A DNA stretch of 64,000 nt from Amoebidium appalachense (GCA_963693365.1 CAVNZM010000002.1:12890328-12954327), one strand, 5' to 3'. Positions 16,373-30,680 are shown, counted from the first letter of the stretch. Notes: a model not told the origin generated them from the sequence alone. A program made the numbers and translations.

Positions 16373-19300
16373 AAAAAAAAAAAAAAACACACACACACCC
16401 CTCACCCCACCCCACCCTCCACCCTCTCTCTCCCCCCCCCTCCCCCCCCCCCCCCCCCCCCCCCTCTCACCCCTCCCCCCCCTCCCCCCACCCATAGGTG
16501 TTTGGTGGTCTTGCAGCAGGCACCCTTCTCCACGTCATGCGTCAGGCGCTGACCCAAAATGCAGCCCCAGACAATTTTAAGTCCATAGCCAGTTCATATG
16601 CTTCCGGTGCCCTGTTTTCTGTCGGGTTGGGTGTGAGTGGAATGTACGTATCTCTCTCTCTCTCTCTTTCTCTTTATCGCCATCTCTATCTCCCTCCCTC
16701 TTCCTCTGTCCCTCTCTCTCTTCCTCACACACACACTCTCTCCCCCATTCTCTCTTTCTCTCTCTCTCCCCCCCCTCTCCCCCCCCCCCCCCCCCCCCCC
16801 CCTCTCTATCAAAGTAGCTATCCCCCTCCCCTCCCCCTCCCCCTTTCCCCCCTGGCCGGTAATTGGGATCGCTCTCATACTTTCCATTTCTGGGCCTTGC
16901 CATTCCCCTTTCCCAAAGCTTTACATTTCCTCTTGTCTCTGCCAGGGAATCCATCCCCCTCCCCCCCCCCCCCCCCCCCCCCCCCCCCGGGAAGTATCGA
17001 CTTAGGTATCGACGGGGAACTTCCTAGAAGCCCCGTCTCCTGAGTTCCTATCTATATTTTTCTTGCTTCTGCTTACTGCTGCAACTTTAACCCCCGGCCT
17101 TTCCCACTGCCCTTGCCTGCATAAGCAACCCTGCTCGTCTCTGATCAAGACGGGTGACCTACTCATGTTCAAGTGAAACAGTATCTGAGTTGGGTTTCGT
17201 TAACGAGGGGAATAGGTCGAAACTCGGGTACTGTGGATGACGTGGGCCCCCCCTGAGGATGGGCTCTGCTTATTATGCATACTCTTTATGTATGGCTTGC
17301 ATTCTGCATCGTGTTATCCGTTTGTTCTTGTGTACTTCGTACTTTTTGACGCATTCAAACCCCCCCCCCCCCCTTCCCTCCCCCACCCACCCACCCGTTT
17401 GATAATTATCACGCTTGTGCCAGCAAGATCCAAACTCGAACATCGAATCGTTGCTTAGCAGACCCCCTTCTTTGAAATTCGGCTAAAGCAGGTTGGTATA
17501 GGATCGCGGTGCGCCTAGCGATTGGCCACATATCAACTAAAATTGAATGCCGATACGCAGACAGCCAATCAAGCGTACTCTATTTGATATGTAATTCCAG
17601 GGTAACCATTGGGTCGCAGTTTGTCGCATTTTTTTCGTCATCTGTCGCATAATCTTGCTGACGTCATCGGTTCCATGCGGCGAACGATCAGAATTGCTCT
17701 CGAGGAAAAAATTCTAAGTCTTTTGGCCCTCCCTTAGTGTAGACCTGTGAAGCACGTGACTTTTGTTGGGAAGCGGAGTCCTAAACTTAAGTTTACCAAT
17801 AGTTACCTTATTTTAGAAAGTTTAAAAAAAATTGGACCAATAGTTCAAAAGTTATAGCGTTTTTATGAAGTTTTTTCATTTGCCGTTGTTGGGGCCCAGT
17901 CAGAGAGCCGCAAATCGGACCAAAAAATGAGTTTTGACCTTTCAGATTTACGGTTGGCTGTTCGACTTTGGGGTTTGCTGCTTGTGCCATTTCAGAACGT
18001 CTCGTTCGAGGGGTTAGTTAAGTATTAGTGCTCAGACCCGACTACGATGTTTATACGGAAGTAAGATTATGCTAAGTATCGATATACACGGTCAAAAACG
18101 TCGGCATTCTAGTGCCCCACTACCCCCCGCCTGTCCCTAACTCTTGCTACCATTCAACTCACTACCATACTTTTACTATCTAACACCACCCACTTTCCCT
18201 CTATCTTATAGGTCTGACCCCACAAAGGTCCTCGGCTTTTTGGATGTTCTCGGTGTCTGGGATCCCAGCCTCGCCTTTGTAAACACCCCCCACCCCCCAC
18301 CCACCCACCCACCCACCCCCCACCCTCATTTGCCTTCCCCCCCCCCCCCCCTTAGGTATCGACGGGGGAGCTTCCTAGAAGCCCCGTCTCCTGAGTTCCT
18401 ATCTATATTTTTCTTGCTTCTGCTTACTGCTGCAACTTTAACCCCCGGCCTTTCCCACTGCCCTTGCCTGCATAAGCAACCCTGCTCGTCTCTGATCAAG
18501 ACGGGTGACCTACTCATGTTCAAGTGAAACAGTATCTGAGTTGGGTTTCGTTAACGAGGGGAATAGGTCGAAACTCGGGTACTGTGGATGACGTGGGCCC
18601 CCCCTGAGGATGGGCTCTGCTTATTATGCATACTCTTTATGTATGGCTTGCATTCTGCATCGTGTTATCCGTTTGTTCTTGTGTACTTCGTACTTTTTGA
18701 CGCATTCAAACCCCCCCCCCCCCGGCCCTGTTATTATGGGTTTCTGCGTTAGTTGAATGGATCGGAACTCGGGTATTTTGGATGACTTGGCCCCATTGAG
18801 GATGGGATCTACTCATGTTGAATCTCTGTGTTGTGTGTGTGCCGTTAATGCATTTCCACATCACACATTGCTCTTTGCGGGCAGCGCCAAGCCGTGCACA
18901 ACGCGATAGTAATTTTCCTAAGTGTGGATCCCGAATAATCAGGTGTGTAGTAGAAATACCATACCGCCGCAGGTGCTGGTTCACATGCAGTCTATTGGAC
19001 ATCTGACAAGAAATGCTTGGTAAACCTAGTCGAATTGGGTGTGTTACCATTTTCATTCAAACTGTATTCAAGCATGGCACATAAAGATGTGGTGCATGGG
19101 AACATCTCTATGGACCGTCATTGGCTGGTAAAGAAATTTCTTGAGTCTTTAAAGACAATCACTTCCAACCCAATCATCATTGGGGATTTTTCTTGTTGTA
19201 TGACCGTTGCAACTTTAAGTCATGTCAGAGCTACAACTCTTTCCCATTGCCCACACAGGTGATGGGTGGTGCCGTAGGACTCAACCTGATCACATTCCGT

Positions 19301-20312
19301 GCCATCTTTAAGCGAGCAAATCCACTGTTCACCACCCACTTTAACCTCCCTACGAGGAAAGACCTCACAAACAGGCTGTAAGTCACTCCCTTCCCCAGTC
19401 CCCTCCTCGCTCGCTCGCTCCCTCCCCCCCCCTCCCCCCCCCCCCCCCCCTCCCCCGCCACTCTCACCCGTGTCGCAAACATGCACACACGCATTGCACA
19501 GCACACACATACACACCCACACACCCACATACACACCCACACACACACACACACACACAAACACGCACACATACAGTGTCACCCGCGTGGACGGACGCGC
19601 ACACACAAGCACATACACGTACACAGGCGCGGGTACATACATGCAAAAACGGTTATCTGTTTCCCGCTTGCCTACTTCTTCGTGCAATCCCTCACTCTTT
19701 CCTCCCCACCTGCTGTTCCTTTTTCCACTTGCTTCGCTGACCCCCCCCCCCCTCCCCTTCCGTGTACCACCCTTCCACCCCCAAGCACCCATTGTATGCA
19801 GATCAAGAATGTAGCTGGGAGTACCCTTGATCCATAATCCTCCACCTCCTCCCCCCCCCTTCCCCTCCCTCTGTACCTCCCATACGGCTGTACCCTCGAG
19901 CCAGCACGGTGGATGGTTGTCATTCGGCCCTCCCAACCACCCCTTTTGAACATCATACCTGCCCACATGTGTCTGGTTGTGCTTTTGTATCCCACGTGTT
20001 TTGGAGAGGATGTGAGGAAACAGAAGCTCCGTAAGGGTCGCCCGGGGGGGGGGGGAGGGGGGAGGGGGGTGAATGTGACAGCTAGAAAACAGAACTACGG
20101 GAAATATAAATGTGTCATCGAAAGAGAGCGAGAAGTGTCACGGTGTTTTTGTGTTGGGGTGGGGGGTGGGTGGGTGGGTGGGTGGGTGGGGGAGCTTTTT
20201 TTTTTTTTTTTGTGGGGGGGGGGGGGGGGGGGGGGGGGGGAGAGGCTTTTAACTCACACGCATGTATCTGTTCTCAGAACGATGGGCTCGGCACTGTTTG
20301 GTGTGGGTAAGT

Positions 20313-20348
<36 letters not shown>

Positions 20349-21197
20349 ACCCCTCTCCTTGGGATACACCCAGACACACACTAACACTAACACTAATACT
20401 AATACACACACTAACACACACACACACTTCGAGCTCGTGTTTTGTCGTTTGTGAAGAGATAAAATAGCTGGCAACGAATACATATCGGAAAAGCCACGAT
20501 CGGATAGGTGAAAAATAAATGTATTTGGTGAAGATACAGTGGAAACCTGAAGAGTAAAATGGAGAACACATTATGCAACACGGAATTGACACAAGGCTTT
20601 TTGAGTTGAAGTGTTGAAATCGTGGTTGCTTGTAAAGGGTGGTCTGCGGCCGACCTCCCTTCCTCCCTCCCTCCCCCCCCCCCCCCCCCCCCCCCACCAA
20701 AAAAAAAAACAAAAAAAAAACCAAAAAAAAAAAAACGTAGGCACCCATATGACTCGGCATGCTCTGTGTGTATGTGCTCTGCAACTCCTGCACTTAGAAA
20801 ATTGTTTTCCTTCGCGAATGTTTGCTTGATACTTTACTACAACATCCCCCCACGGGTGACCTACTCATGTTCAAGTGAAACAGTATCTGAGTTGGGTTTC
20901 GTTAACGAGGGGAATAGGTCGAAACTCGGGTACTGTGGATGACGTGGGCCCCCCCTGAGGATGGGCTCTGCTTATTATGCATACTCTTTATGTATGGCTT
21001 GCATTCTGCATCGTGTTATCCGTTTGTTCTTGTGTACTTCGTACTTTTTGACGCATTCAAAACCCCCCCCCCCCCCCCCCCCCCCCTTCACCCCCTCCAC
21101 GTTTTGACATGCACATTTGGCAGGATGGGGGCTTGCTGGAATCTGCCCGGGCCCGGCATTCTTGGGCCTTGCAAGTGGCGATATTTCTTACGGGTAA

Positions 21198-21285
<88 letters not shown>

Positions 21286-21898
21286 TGTGTGTTTATGTGT
21301 GTGTGTGTGTGTATGCACGCGTGCGTGTGATTTTGTGTGTTTGTGTGTGTGTATGTGTGTTCATACACGTACACACATGTGTGTTTGTGTGCTTTTGTGT
21401 GTTGTGTGTGTGGCTGCATGTGTAAGTGTGTGTGTGTGTGTGGTTGTGTTGGTAACTGCAAAGTGACGGGGATGTGTATGTGTGTGTGTGCGGACTACCT
21501 CTTATACCAATAGGTTTATGTTCTTCCACCAACCCATTTGAAGCTGATTGTGACATGAAATGTGTATTCCTCCCCCTCTCCCCCTCTCCCCCTCCCTCTC
21601 TCCCTCCCCCCCCCCCCCCCCCCCCCCTCCCCCCTTTCCCCCTATATCCACCCCATGGCGACCCCTGGCATTTCCCCCCTATGCTCCTCCCATCGTTCAG
21701 TCTCCACCGATTCCACCAATACCGACACAGCTAACCATCCTCTCCTGCCGTATCCCCCCTCCCGTTCCCCTCCCCCCAAGCACATGCACGCACACATACA
21801 CACCAGACACACACACACACGCGTGCGCACAGACACAAAGATACACCTTAACCACCACATACGCACGCGCCTGCCGACACGCACACACACACACACAC

Positions 21899-21937
<39 letters not shown>

Positions 21938-22051
21938 CTCTTCTGTGGTGCGATGGTTGGTGGCATGCACCTATACCGTGCCCTCAATTCAAACGGCACT
22001 CTGCCCGCAGAAAAGATCATCTTTGGCCAAAAACCCCATCAGGGCGGCTAA
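11194..22051 (+). CDS. YeeE/YedE-family sulfur transport protein, paralog 2, 12 exons
   Basis: Exons 11194-11260, 11674-11706, 12494-12564, 14182-14310, 14591-14715, 15578-15659, 16498-16643, 18212-18278, 19259-19377, 20278-20306, 21124-21193, 21937-22051 splice in frame. Motifs [75 protein letters not shown]. Confidence 0.88.
12735..13312 (+). mobile_element. poly(C)-associated structured element, subfamily A copy 1 (partial 3' unit 12735-12856 + TC6 spacer + full unit 12864-13312)
   Basis: Near-identical to the inverted copies at 40452 and 58239; flanked by poly(C); ends cgcattcaaa. Confidence 0.85.
13531..13880 (+). mobile_element. subfamily B copy 1 (~350 bp)
   Basis: gacgggggagcttcctagaagccccgtc...gtgtacttcgtactttttgacgcattcaaa between poly(C) tracts; repeated at 17002, 18352 and 20852. 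Confidence 0.88.
17002..17359 (+). mobile_element. subfamily B copy 2
   Basis: Essentially identical to B1/B3; the 5' junction has a duplicated gtatcgac. Confidence 0.88.
17400..18112. mobile_element. probable non-autonomous DNA-transposon-like insert in an intron
   Basis: Complex, repeat-free 700-bp block unlike the surrounding intron. Contains aaaattggaccaatagttcaaaagttatag, CCAAT, TGACGTCA and CACGTGAC. Ends CTAG|T (Helitron-like) but has no clear subterminal hairpin. Confidence 0.35.
18352..18710 (+). mobile_element. subfamily B copy 3
   Basis: ttaggtatcgacggggg...cattcaaa flanked by C tracts. Confidence 0.88.
18725..18860 (+). mobile_element. older diverged relative of A/B (core fragment)
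   Basis: ggaactcgggtattttggatgacttggccccattgaggatgggatc aligns to the B core. Confidence 0.65.
20852..21062 (+). mobile_element. subfamily B copy 4, 5'-truncated
   Basis: Starts at acgggtgacc after C6 and keeps the intact 3' end. Confidence 0.85.
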
Positions 22052-22255
22052 ATCCCCCCCCCCCCCCCCCCCCCCCCCCCCCACATCACCCTCGTCCTCT
22101 GTTTGCTGTAGCTACACCCGCTTAAGCGTATGTGCACAGGCACAAACACGTGCATACACCTATTATGTAGAAGTACTATAAACACCCCTCTGTTTCATAG
22201 CTACTTTAAGCCCGTCACAATGTATATATGCCAACACTTTGTACGAACCCTTGTC

Positions 22256-22293
<38 letters not shown>

Positions 22294-22942
22294 CAACAAC
22301 AACACACACACAGTGGCACCCGTTTTCAATAACTCACTCCATATATGCTCAAACACAACTATTGTGCCGAAAGGAGTAACAGGGGTTGTTTCTGTTACTT
22401 TTTTGCGGATAAATTAGCTACTATTAGAACTCCACGTTTGAAATATAAGCTAGAATCACATTTATGCACGCTAAGTAAAGATAAGGAACGAGCTAAGAAT
22501 GAACACATTAATTTCTGGATTAATTTAATTAGTGAGTCCTGAGACTCGAAACTCAACCAGGTTTCCCGGGTTCTTTTTCTTGTTCTTGGGCGTCACTTTT
22601 GGCTTCCCCCTTTTTTTTTTTTTTTTTTAAAAAAAAAAATAAAAAATAAAAAAATAATAAGTTTTTCATCCCTGTGGGTGAAATCATGTATAGATTTATG
22701 CCATTAATGATTCCAGATAAATGTGAGAATAATTTTATTTTGAACAGTAAAAATACGACGTCATGTGCATGAACTGTCCTTGTACTGTCCCCCCCTCCGC
22801 CTCGCCCTCCCCCACCTGGCGAACCCCCTGAGCTTGGAGTTTACTTGAGATGCATACTCCTGGCCTGCACATTTTATAGAACGATGTGCATCTGTCCATC
22901 ATATGTATGCTCGTGTATAAGCTTTCTACCCCCTTCCCCCCC

Positions 22943-23007
<65 letters not shown>

Positions 23008-23075
23008 CCCACGCACAGATAGGAGTGAAATATGGAAGGTTTCAAACTATTTCCCCTTCCCCCTCCCCTTGCGGG

Positions 23076-23122
<47 letters not shown>

Positions 23123-23317
23123 GGCCACCCTGCTCTTTCCACTCTTCTTCAGCAGGCAAGAATGGTCACAGTGGTGAAGTTTAATTTATTTTGTTGGCCG
23201 AGAAATTGCTGGGTGTAAGTGCGTGTGTACATAGGTGTGAGTATTTAAGGGTGTGTGGTGGTGTTGATGGTGATTCTGGTATGTACATGGTATGATGGTG
23301 GTGGTGGTGGTGGTGGT

Positions 23318-23397
<80 letters not shown>

Positions 23398-24556
23398 TGT
23401 GTGTGTGTTCTTGGGGGAGGGGGGAGGGGGAGGGGAAGTGAACCAACGGGATTCGATCATGACCATGGTCACATCCACGAGCTAGAAGTCGCCATCTGTG
23501 GTCTCGTATTCGAATTCGAATAAACTATAGCTCTAAGCACCGGTGCACAGCACGGCTTGGTTTAGAACGGACAGGCAAAAATGAAACCTTGTTGATTCCA
23601 ACACGCATGTGCACACCCGTTCGATGATGCTGATATCCTTTCTTACTGAGTGTAGGACAAAGCTCCGGGGCCGTCGACGCCCATCCAGGAATGCGCGCTG
23701 ACCAGCACTCGGGGTATGAAAGAAGAAGTAAGACTGTTCCGAAAATACGGGTATATGCGCTGCAACGAGATAGCCCGTCTAAAATCTAATATTTAGCCAA
23801 CGAAGTGATCTTTCGGTAATTTTGGTCCATCAAAAAGCGAATAATGTATCAAGTTGTTATAACCCTAAGCTCCGGAGCGATCGCGCCACACTGGGCCATG
23901 ACACGGCCCTCTGAAAAAAGAGGGCCGTGGCCATGACCAGTCTCGTTTGGTGCAACTTCAGAGGCGAAAAGTTGCCTTCCGAGTCGCACGAGCATACACA
24001 ATGCAACGGACAGCACTGGAATACCCTATCCATACGGTTGTAGTAGAAGAGCGCGTTGAAGCCTTGTGTGTGCCGGCTTTCTGATTCCCGTAACATCCAC
24101 GTCTGTGCCTGGCAACTTACGACGGCACGGGCACTTCGACAGTGCCTGTTGGGTGAGTCTTGTGGGCGAAGAAAGATTGCAGTGATCAGCGTGACAAGAG
24201 TATGGCATGTGAGTGTTTAGCAATGATAACGTGCAAAGGAACCAACTTTGCAGACATGGGTTGCATGTACTACATGATCACTCTCTCTTTCTCCCCATCC
24301 AAACACTTGTCCCCCCCCCCCCCCCCCCCCCCCCCCCCGCCTTCAACCCCCGCCGCTCTTAAATCTCGGCCTTCCACTCACGCATGCACGCACGCACACC
24401 ACGCCTGAGCCCCCCCATCCACACCCCCCCCCCCGCCCCCCCCCTCCCCCTTCTTCCTCCTCCTGCCCCTGGTATTAGCCGCGCCACACGCTGTATTCAC
24501 TCATACACGCTGGTCCACCCTCCCCCCACCCTCCCCCCCCCCCTCCCCCCCCCCCC

Positions 24557-24587
<31 letters not shown>

Positions 24588-24944
24588 AACAACACGTGCA
24601 CACACCCCGGGGGCCCTTTCCGACTACGACCCCCTCGGTTTTTTGTTTTTTTTTTGGTCACGACCTCGGTTTCTTTCTCTTCACACGACTTCCTTTGGCC
24701 CTGTTGATTTTATTCTAAAGCTTCTCGTTTTTTCTCCCTCTCTCACCTTCTTATATCCCATGAGCATGTGGGACATACCGTCGTACGTACCTTAGTCTTG
24801 ACGTTTTTTTTTTACTCCAACCTCCCCTCCCCCTCCCCCTCCCCCCCCCCCCCCCCCTCTCCTGCCCTATCTTCTCCGTCTCGTCGGACTTTCTCCACTC
24901 CCCCCCCCCCCCCCCCTCCTTTTGCCCCCTTGCCCGTTTCACCT

Positions 24945-24981
<37 letters not shown>

Positions 24982-25149
24982 GAAGACCAACCAACCACCA
25001 CACCGCCCCTCAGCTTCTACCCTCCACCTCCCACGCGCCCTCCACATCACGGCCGTGTTCCCAGCAACATATCCTCCCCCCTCCCCTCCCCACTCCCCCC
25101 TTCCCACCTCACCCCCGGGCACCCTGCATACCCCAATTGGCCTACCTCC

Positions 25150-25186
<37 letters not shown>

Positions 25187-25725
25187 ACCTCCTCCCCCCC
25201 CCCCCCCCCCCCCCCCCCCCACACACACACACATACACAGGCACTACAAAATGCACCAAATTGCACACAGTGACTGATTTGAACCCCCATGATTAATGAT
25301 CGTTTACTCTTTTGTGTGGGCAATTTGTGCATTTGCATTGTAACCCTCGGTGCACGGTCCGTTGTTATGGTACTTTCGTGCTTCATATCTGTACCCCACC
25401 CTTCCCCCAAACTCTCTTCCTTTCTCCAATACTAATGGTATAAACCGTTATGCATACAATCTGCGCGTACATTGCTGGGCACTAACACAAGTTCATATTT
25501 CTCGTAACACTAACAAGAGATTTCCTCATAATTCGTAATCACGAAACAGCTAAAAGCCGGCCTACAATCCACTCAGTTCAAGAAGACGCTTCCAAGTTCC
25601 AGGTTTTTGGGACCAACGATGGTTATCTACACATCCCTCGTATGTTTATCATTTTGAAGGATTCTGTACCCAACAACCGAATAAATGGGGGCAGGGGAAG
25701 AGAAACAAAAAAATTTGGCGCGCGC

Positions 25726-25756
<31 letters not shown>

Positions 25757-26099
25757 TGTGTGTTGTTTTTGTTGTTTTTGTTGTTTTTGTTTTTCCCGCG
25801 GGGGAGTGGGAGGGGGGGAAGGGAGGGGTTGTTTGCATGAATCTATGTCAAGTAACTTTGGTATACCCGCAATCACATAGCACTTGCAAAATTCTAACCC
25901 GCCACATAACCCATCATGATGCATATTCCTTGTGTGCCCTGTTCATAAACGGCATTGCGTTGTTTGTTTTGAGTGTCTACCTCTTACTCTAATGCATCCC
26001 CCCCCCCCCCCCCCTCCCCCCCCTCCCCCCGCCTCAAATCCCCCCCCTTGAATTACGGTATGCAAAAACCCAACACCACCACATGTTGTATGATATTTT

Positions 26100-26482
26100 T
26101 CACCCGCTGGCGGCGTCTGGTTCGGAGGACTTGGCATTCTTCGGTTTGCGGGGCATGGCCATCTTCATGAGCATAACCTTGCATCGGTGGTCAAAATCGG
26201 CCCATTTCTTTCCGTTTCTGCAGTGTTCGGCTATCCGATACCACTTTGTCTTTTTCTGCCCAGCAATCGATCTCTGCTCCGTTCGATGATCGTCGGTTTT
26301 CAGGTCGTTTTTAGTGTATATGCCCCGTTTCTTGTTTTCCCTCGCTTGCTCTTGCATGAAACTATAAACTTTCTTTCTTTCGATCACGAATTTCTCGAAA
26401 TTTTTCTCGAGATGACGGTTTTTGCTCAAATAGTTCTTATACAGAATTTGGACACGGTATATGGTGTTGTCGCGCTCGTCTG

Positions 26483-26557
<75 letters not shown>

Positions 26558-26836
26558 GTGTGTGTGTATGTGTGTGTGTGCATGTGCGTGTGTTGAGTGT
26601 GTGCGCGCGTGTGCGTATGTGTGTGTGTGCGCGCGCGTGTGTCTGTGTACGTGTGTGTGTGTGTGTGTGTGGGCGAGGGTGTGTGTGTGTGTGTGTCTGG
26701 TGTTTGTGTGTGTGTATGTGTGCTTGTATGCGTGTGCGTGCATGCGCGTATGCATGTGTTTGTGTGTGCATGAATGTGGTGTGTTTTGTCACTTTTTTTT
26801 CTTTGTTTCTTGTTTTGTGTGTGTGTGTGTGTGTGC

Positions 26837-26879
<43 letters not shown>

Positions 26880-27967
26880 TGCGTGTGCATGCGTGTTTAC
26901 ATATGTTTGTGCGTCCACGAATGTGGTGTAGTTTTGTGTGTTAGTTTCTTTTTGTACATGTGTGTGTATTTGGTGTGTGCATGCATAGTCTGCACCGAAC
27001 TCTAATCGGCTATGAATGCCAGCACTCACACTTTCATGTGCGTGTTTGCAAACATGCACAGACACATACATACACACGCCCACACACACGTTATGACCCC
27101 TTTCATGCCAGCCTCCCCCCCCCCCTCCCCCCCCCCCAAACACACACACACAGAAAAAAATGGGGAAAAAGAAAGGGCAAATAAATATGCATCTGGCCCC
27201 GCTCTTTACTCTCCTTTGCCCCTTGTGCCTCCCCATCTCCCATTCCCCTTGCCTAGCATTATCCAGTAAATCCACACTTACAAAATAGTTACTGGAATAC
27301 GCAATTCTGAGCCTCTCTCTTCCAGCAATCGTCCCCCCCCCCCCCCCCCCCCCCTTCCCCTCCCCCTGCATGCCCAATGAGTTTACATGTACACAAAACG
27401 GTTCACCCATTCGCTAGCCCACATGCATTTGACATGCACAGACAAACTACTATCGGTACAGTTTTCTGATCATCCGATAAGTTGGATTGATAACCAGAAA
27501 ATGACACAATCGCACATACGAGCAAGGGAGAGGGCGGGGAATAGGCACACATACTTCCACATAGGCGCTGTCTCCCAGTACGGATCGTATCGCTGTTTGC
27601 GCTTTTGCTTTGCCCTTTTAACCGTCTGCGACGAATGTGCAATCTCACTGAACGGTTTGGGCGCAGAGACTGAGGGGCGTGACAATCCTCCAATGGGAAT
27701 GGCCGTTGAGTCTTCGTTTCCGTCATCCACAGGCTGACTGCTGGAAGGCAAGTTATTGTTTGACCATGGTGCGGTGTGGATTTCGTTTAAAATTTTATCG
27801 AAGGAGGGTGATTGGTTGCTCTGAATGATGCTGTTTCTGCCCATAAATGGTAGTTCGGGGAGGTGGGGTGTCGGGAGGGTTGGCGAGGGAGCCGTGGGGT
27901 TACTCAGATTGGATGGTGGATTGAAAAGATACTCGGGTGGAAGGGCGAGGGCGGCAAGATGGCTGTG

Positions 27968-28046
<79 letters not shown>

Positions 28047-28149
28047 CGCGCGCGTGTGTGCGTATGCGTGTGCGCGTGCGCGTGCGCGTGCGCGTGCGCG
28101 TGCGCGTGCGCGTGCGCGTGCGCGTGTGCGTGTGCGTGTGCGTGTGCGT

Positions 28150-28194
<45 letters not shown>

Positions 28195-29043
28195 GGGGGC
28201 CGGGGGGGGGGGGGGAGGGGGGGGGGAGGGAGGGAAAGTGGGTCGTAGGAGAAGTGGCAAGGGGGAAGAGGGCGCATTTTTTTTTGGGCCGGAGGAAGGG
28301 GGGGGGGGGGGGAGTGCCGGGAAGGGGGGGGGGGGTTAGTCTTAAGCGTGGCAATTCTGAGCCTCTCTCTTCCAGCAATCGTCCCCCCCCCCCCCCCCCC
28401 CCCCTCCCCCCCCTTCCCCTCCCCCTGCATGCCCAATGAGTTTACATGTACACAAAACGGTTCACCCATTCGCTAGCCCACATGCATTTGACATGCACAG
28501 ACAAACTACTATCGGTACAGTTTTCTGATCATCCGATAAGTTGGGTTGATAACCAGAAAATGACACAATCGCACATACGAGCAAGGGAGAGGGCGGGGAA
28601 TAGGCGCACATACTTCCACATAGGCGCTGTCTCCCAGTACGGATCGTATCGCTGTTTGCGCTTTTGCTTTGCCTTTTTAACCGTCTGCGACGAATGCGCA
28701 ATCTCACTGAACGGTTTGGGCGCAGAGACTGAGGGGCGTGACAATCCTCCAATGGGAATGGCCGTTGAGTCTTCGTTTCCGTCATCCACAGGCTGACTGC
28801 TGGAAGGCAAGTTATTGTTTGACCATGGTGCGGTGTGGATTTCGCTTAAAATTTTATCGAAGGATGGTGATTGGTTGCTCTGAATGATGCTGTTTCTGCC
28901 CATAAATGGTAGTTCGGGGAGGTGGGGTGTCGGGAGGGTTGGCGAGGGAGCCGTGGGGTTACTCAGATTGGATGGTGGATTGAAAAGATACTCGGGTGGA
29001 AGGGCGAGGGCGGCAAGATGGCTGTGGGGGTGGGCGTGTGTGT

Positions 29044-29087
<44 letters not shown>

Positions 29088-29136
29088 CGTGCGTGTGTGC
29101 GTGTGCGTGTGCGTGTGCGTGTGCGTGTGTGCGCGC

Positions 29137-29175
<39 letters not shown>

Positions 29176-29727
29176 GGGGGCCGGGGGGGGGGAGGGGGGG
29201 AGGGAGGGAAAGTGGGTCGTAGGAGAAGTGGCAAGGGGGATGAGGGCGCATTTGTTTTTTTTGGCCGGAGGAAAGGGGGGGCGGGGGGAGGGGGGGAGTG
29301 CCGGGAAGGGGGGGGGGGGGGGGGTAGTCTTAAGCGTGGCGAGGGGCATATATTTGTAGGCTGTTTGATACTTCGAGTATTGTCTTCTATTTTTTCTGTA
29401 TGTGTGGGCGGGCGGGCAGGGGGGAGGGGGGGGATGGGAAGAAAAAAGCAAAAGCTCGTATGATGTCAGGTGTTGGGATATCACCGGGCGATTGGATTGG
29501 TTGGGTGGTTATGTGTATTTGTGTTCTTTTCAGTGTATAGTGGGTTTTTTGTGCTGGTAGCCAAGGGTCGGAAGAGGGGTGGGTACATGGCTGACTTGTT
29601 TTTGTTGTTGGTGGTGATGGTGGTGGTGGGGAGAAAGGAGACTGTAGTACTTTATGGGTGTGAGTGTGTGAGTGAGTGTGTGTGTGTGGCTCATGCACGT
29701 ACAAATGTGGGGAAGAAGGCCGGAGAA

Positions 29728-29760
<33 letters not shown>

Positions 29761-30091
29761 TTCACCTGTCAGGTGGTGGCAATATTTCCAGGTCCGTGAA
29801 TGGCAGTGCGGAAAAGCATGAGGTGATACTATCTTCAATTAGCAATAGGGCCGGGGTCGTCGGTACATCATTTTGGGTGACGTCTCCATCCCGAAACTCG
29901 GCCTGTAGCATTGCTAAACAGCGTCTGGACGCATCTCTCAGCTCATCTGTGTCGTCCATATTTGCAATCAACTGGTAACCGTCTATGTCACTTTCGGTGT
30001 CGTCATTTTGATGCACATATGGAGTGGGGGTGCTGCTTTGATTGGTTGGAGAGTTTGCTGGTCGGGTGACGTGTGGTGATTTCCGCCTCAT
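26100..30091 (-). CDS. unknown protein with Pro/Ser-rich region and basic C-terminal domain (possible divergent HMG-box-like factor)
   Basis: Exons 30091-29766, 29021-28614 and/or 27962-27555 (408-nt duplicate, phase 2-2), 26487-26100. GT-AG and in frame. Start codon uncertain. Confidence 0.65.
27301..29340. repeat. ~1-kb tandem duplication containing one coding exon
   Basis: Units 27301-28350 and 28351-29340 both begin gcaattctgagcctctc; there are a few substitutions between them. Confidence 0.9.
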
Positions 30092-30202
30092 TTTTGCGTC
30101 TGTCGCGGAGGTGAGGGATGGGCGGCGGCAGATGAGAAGAGGCGGTATGTGCCTTACCCACTCTCTCCCTCCTGTGTCCTTCAAGATGTATGCTTGAAAC
30201 TG

Positions 30203-30278
<76 letters not shown>

Positions 30279-30466
30279 ACACATTGACTTGTTTGGGTGT
30301 GCAATTGTTTGATACGGCATGGTGTGTCAGTTTGTGTTCGTGGAAAATTCTGATGAAAGATGTTGGTGCCCGTGTTTAAAAATATATGGGAAAGGTTTAA
30401 CACCCCATGTGTTTTAAGCGTGTATGTGTGCAAATCTAAATGACACAGGGTGTGTGTGTGTGGTGC

Positions 30467-30680
<214 letters not shown>

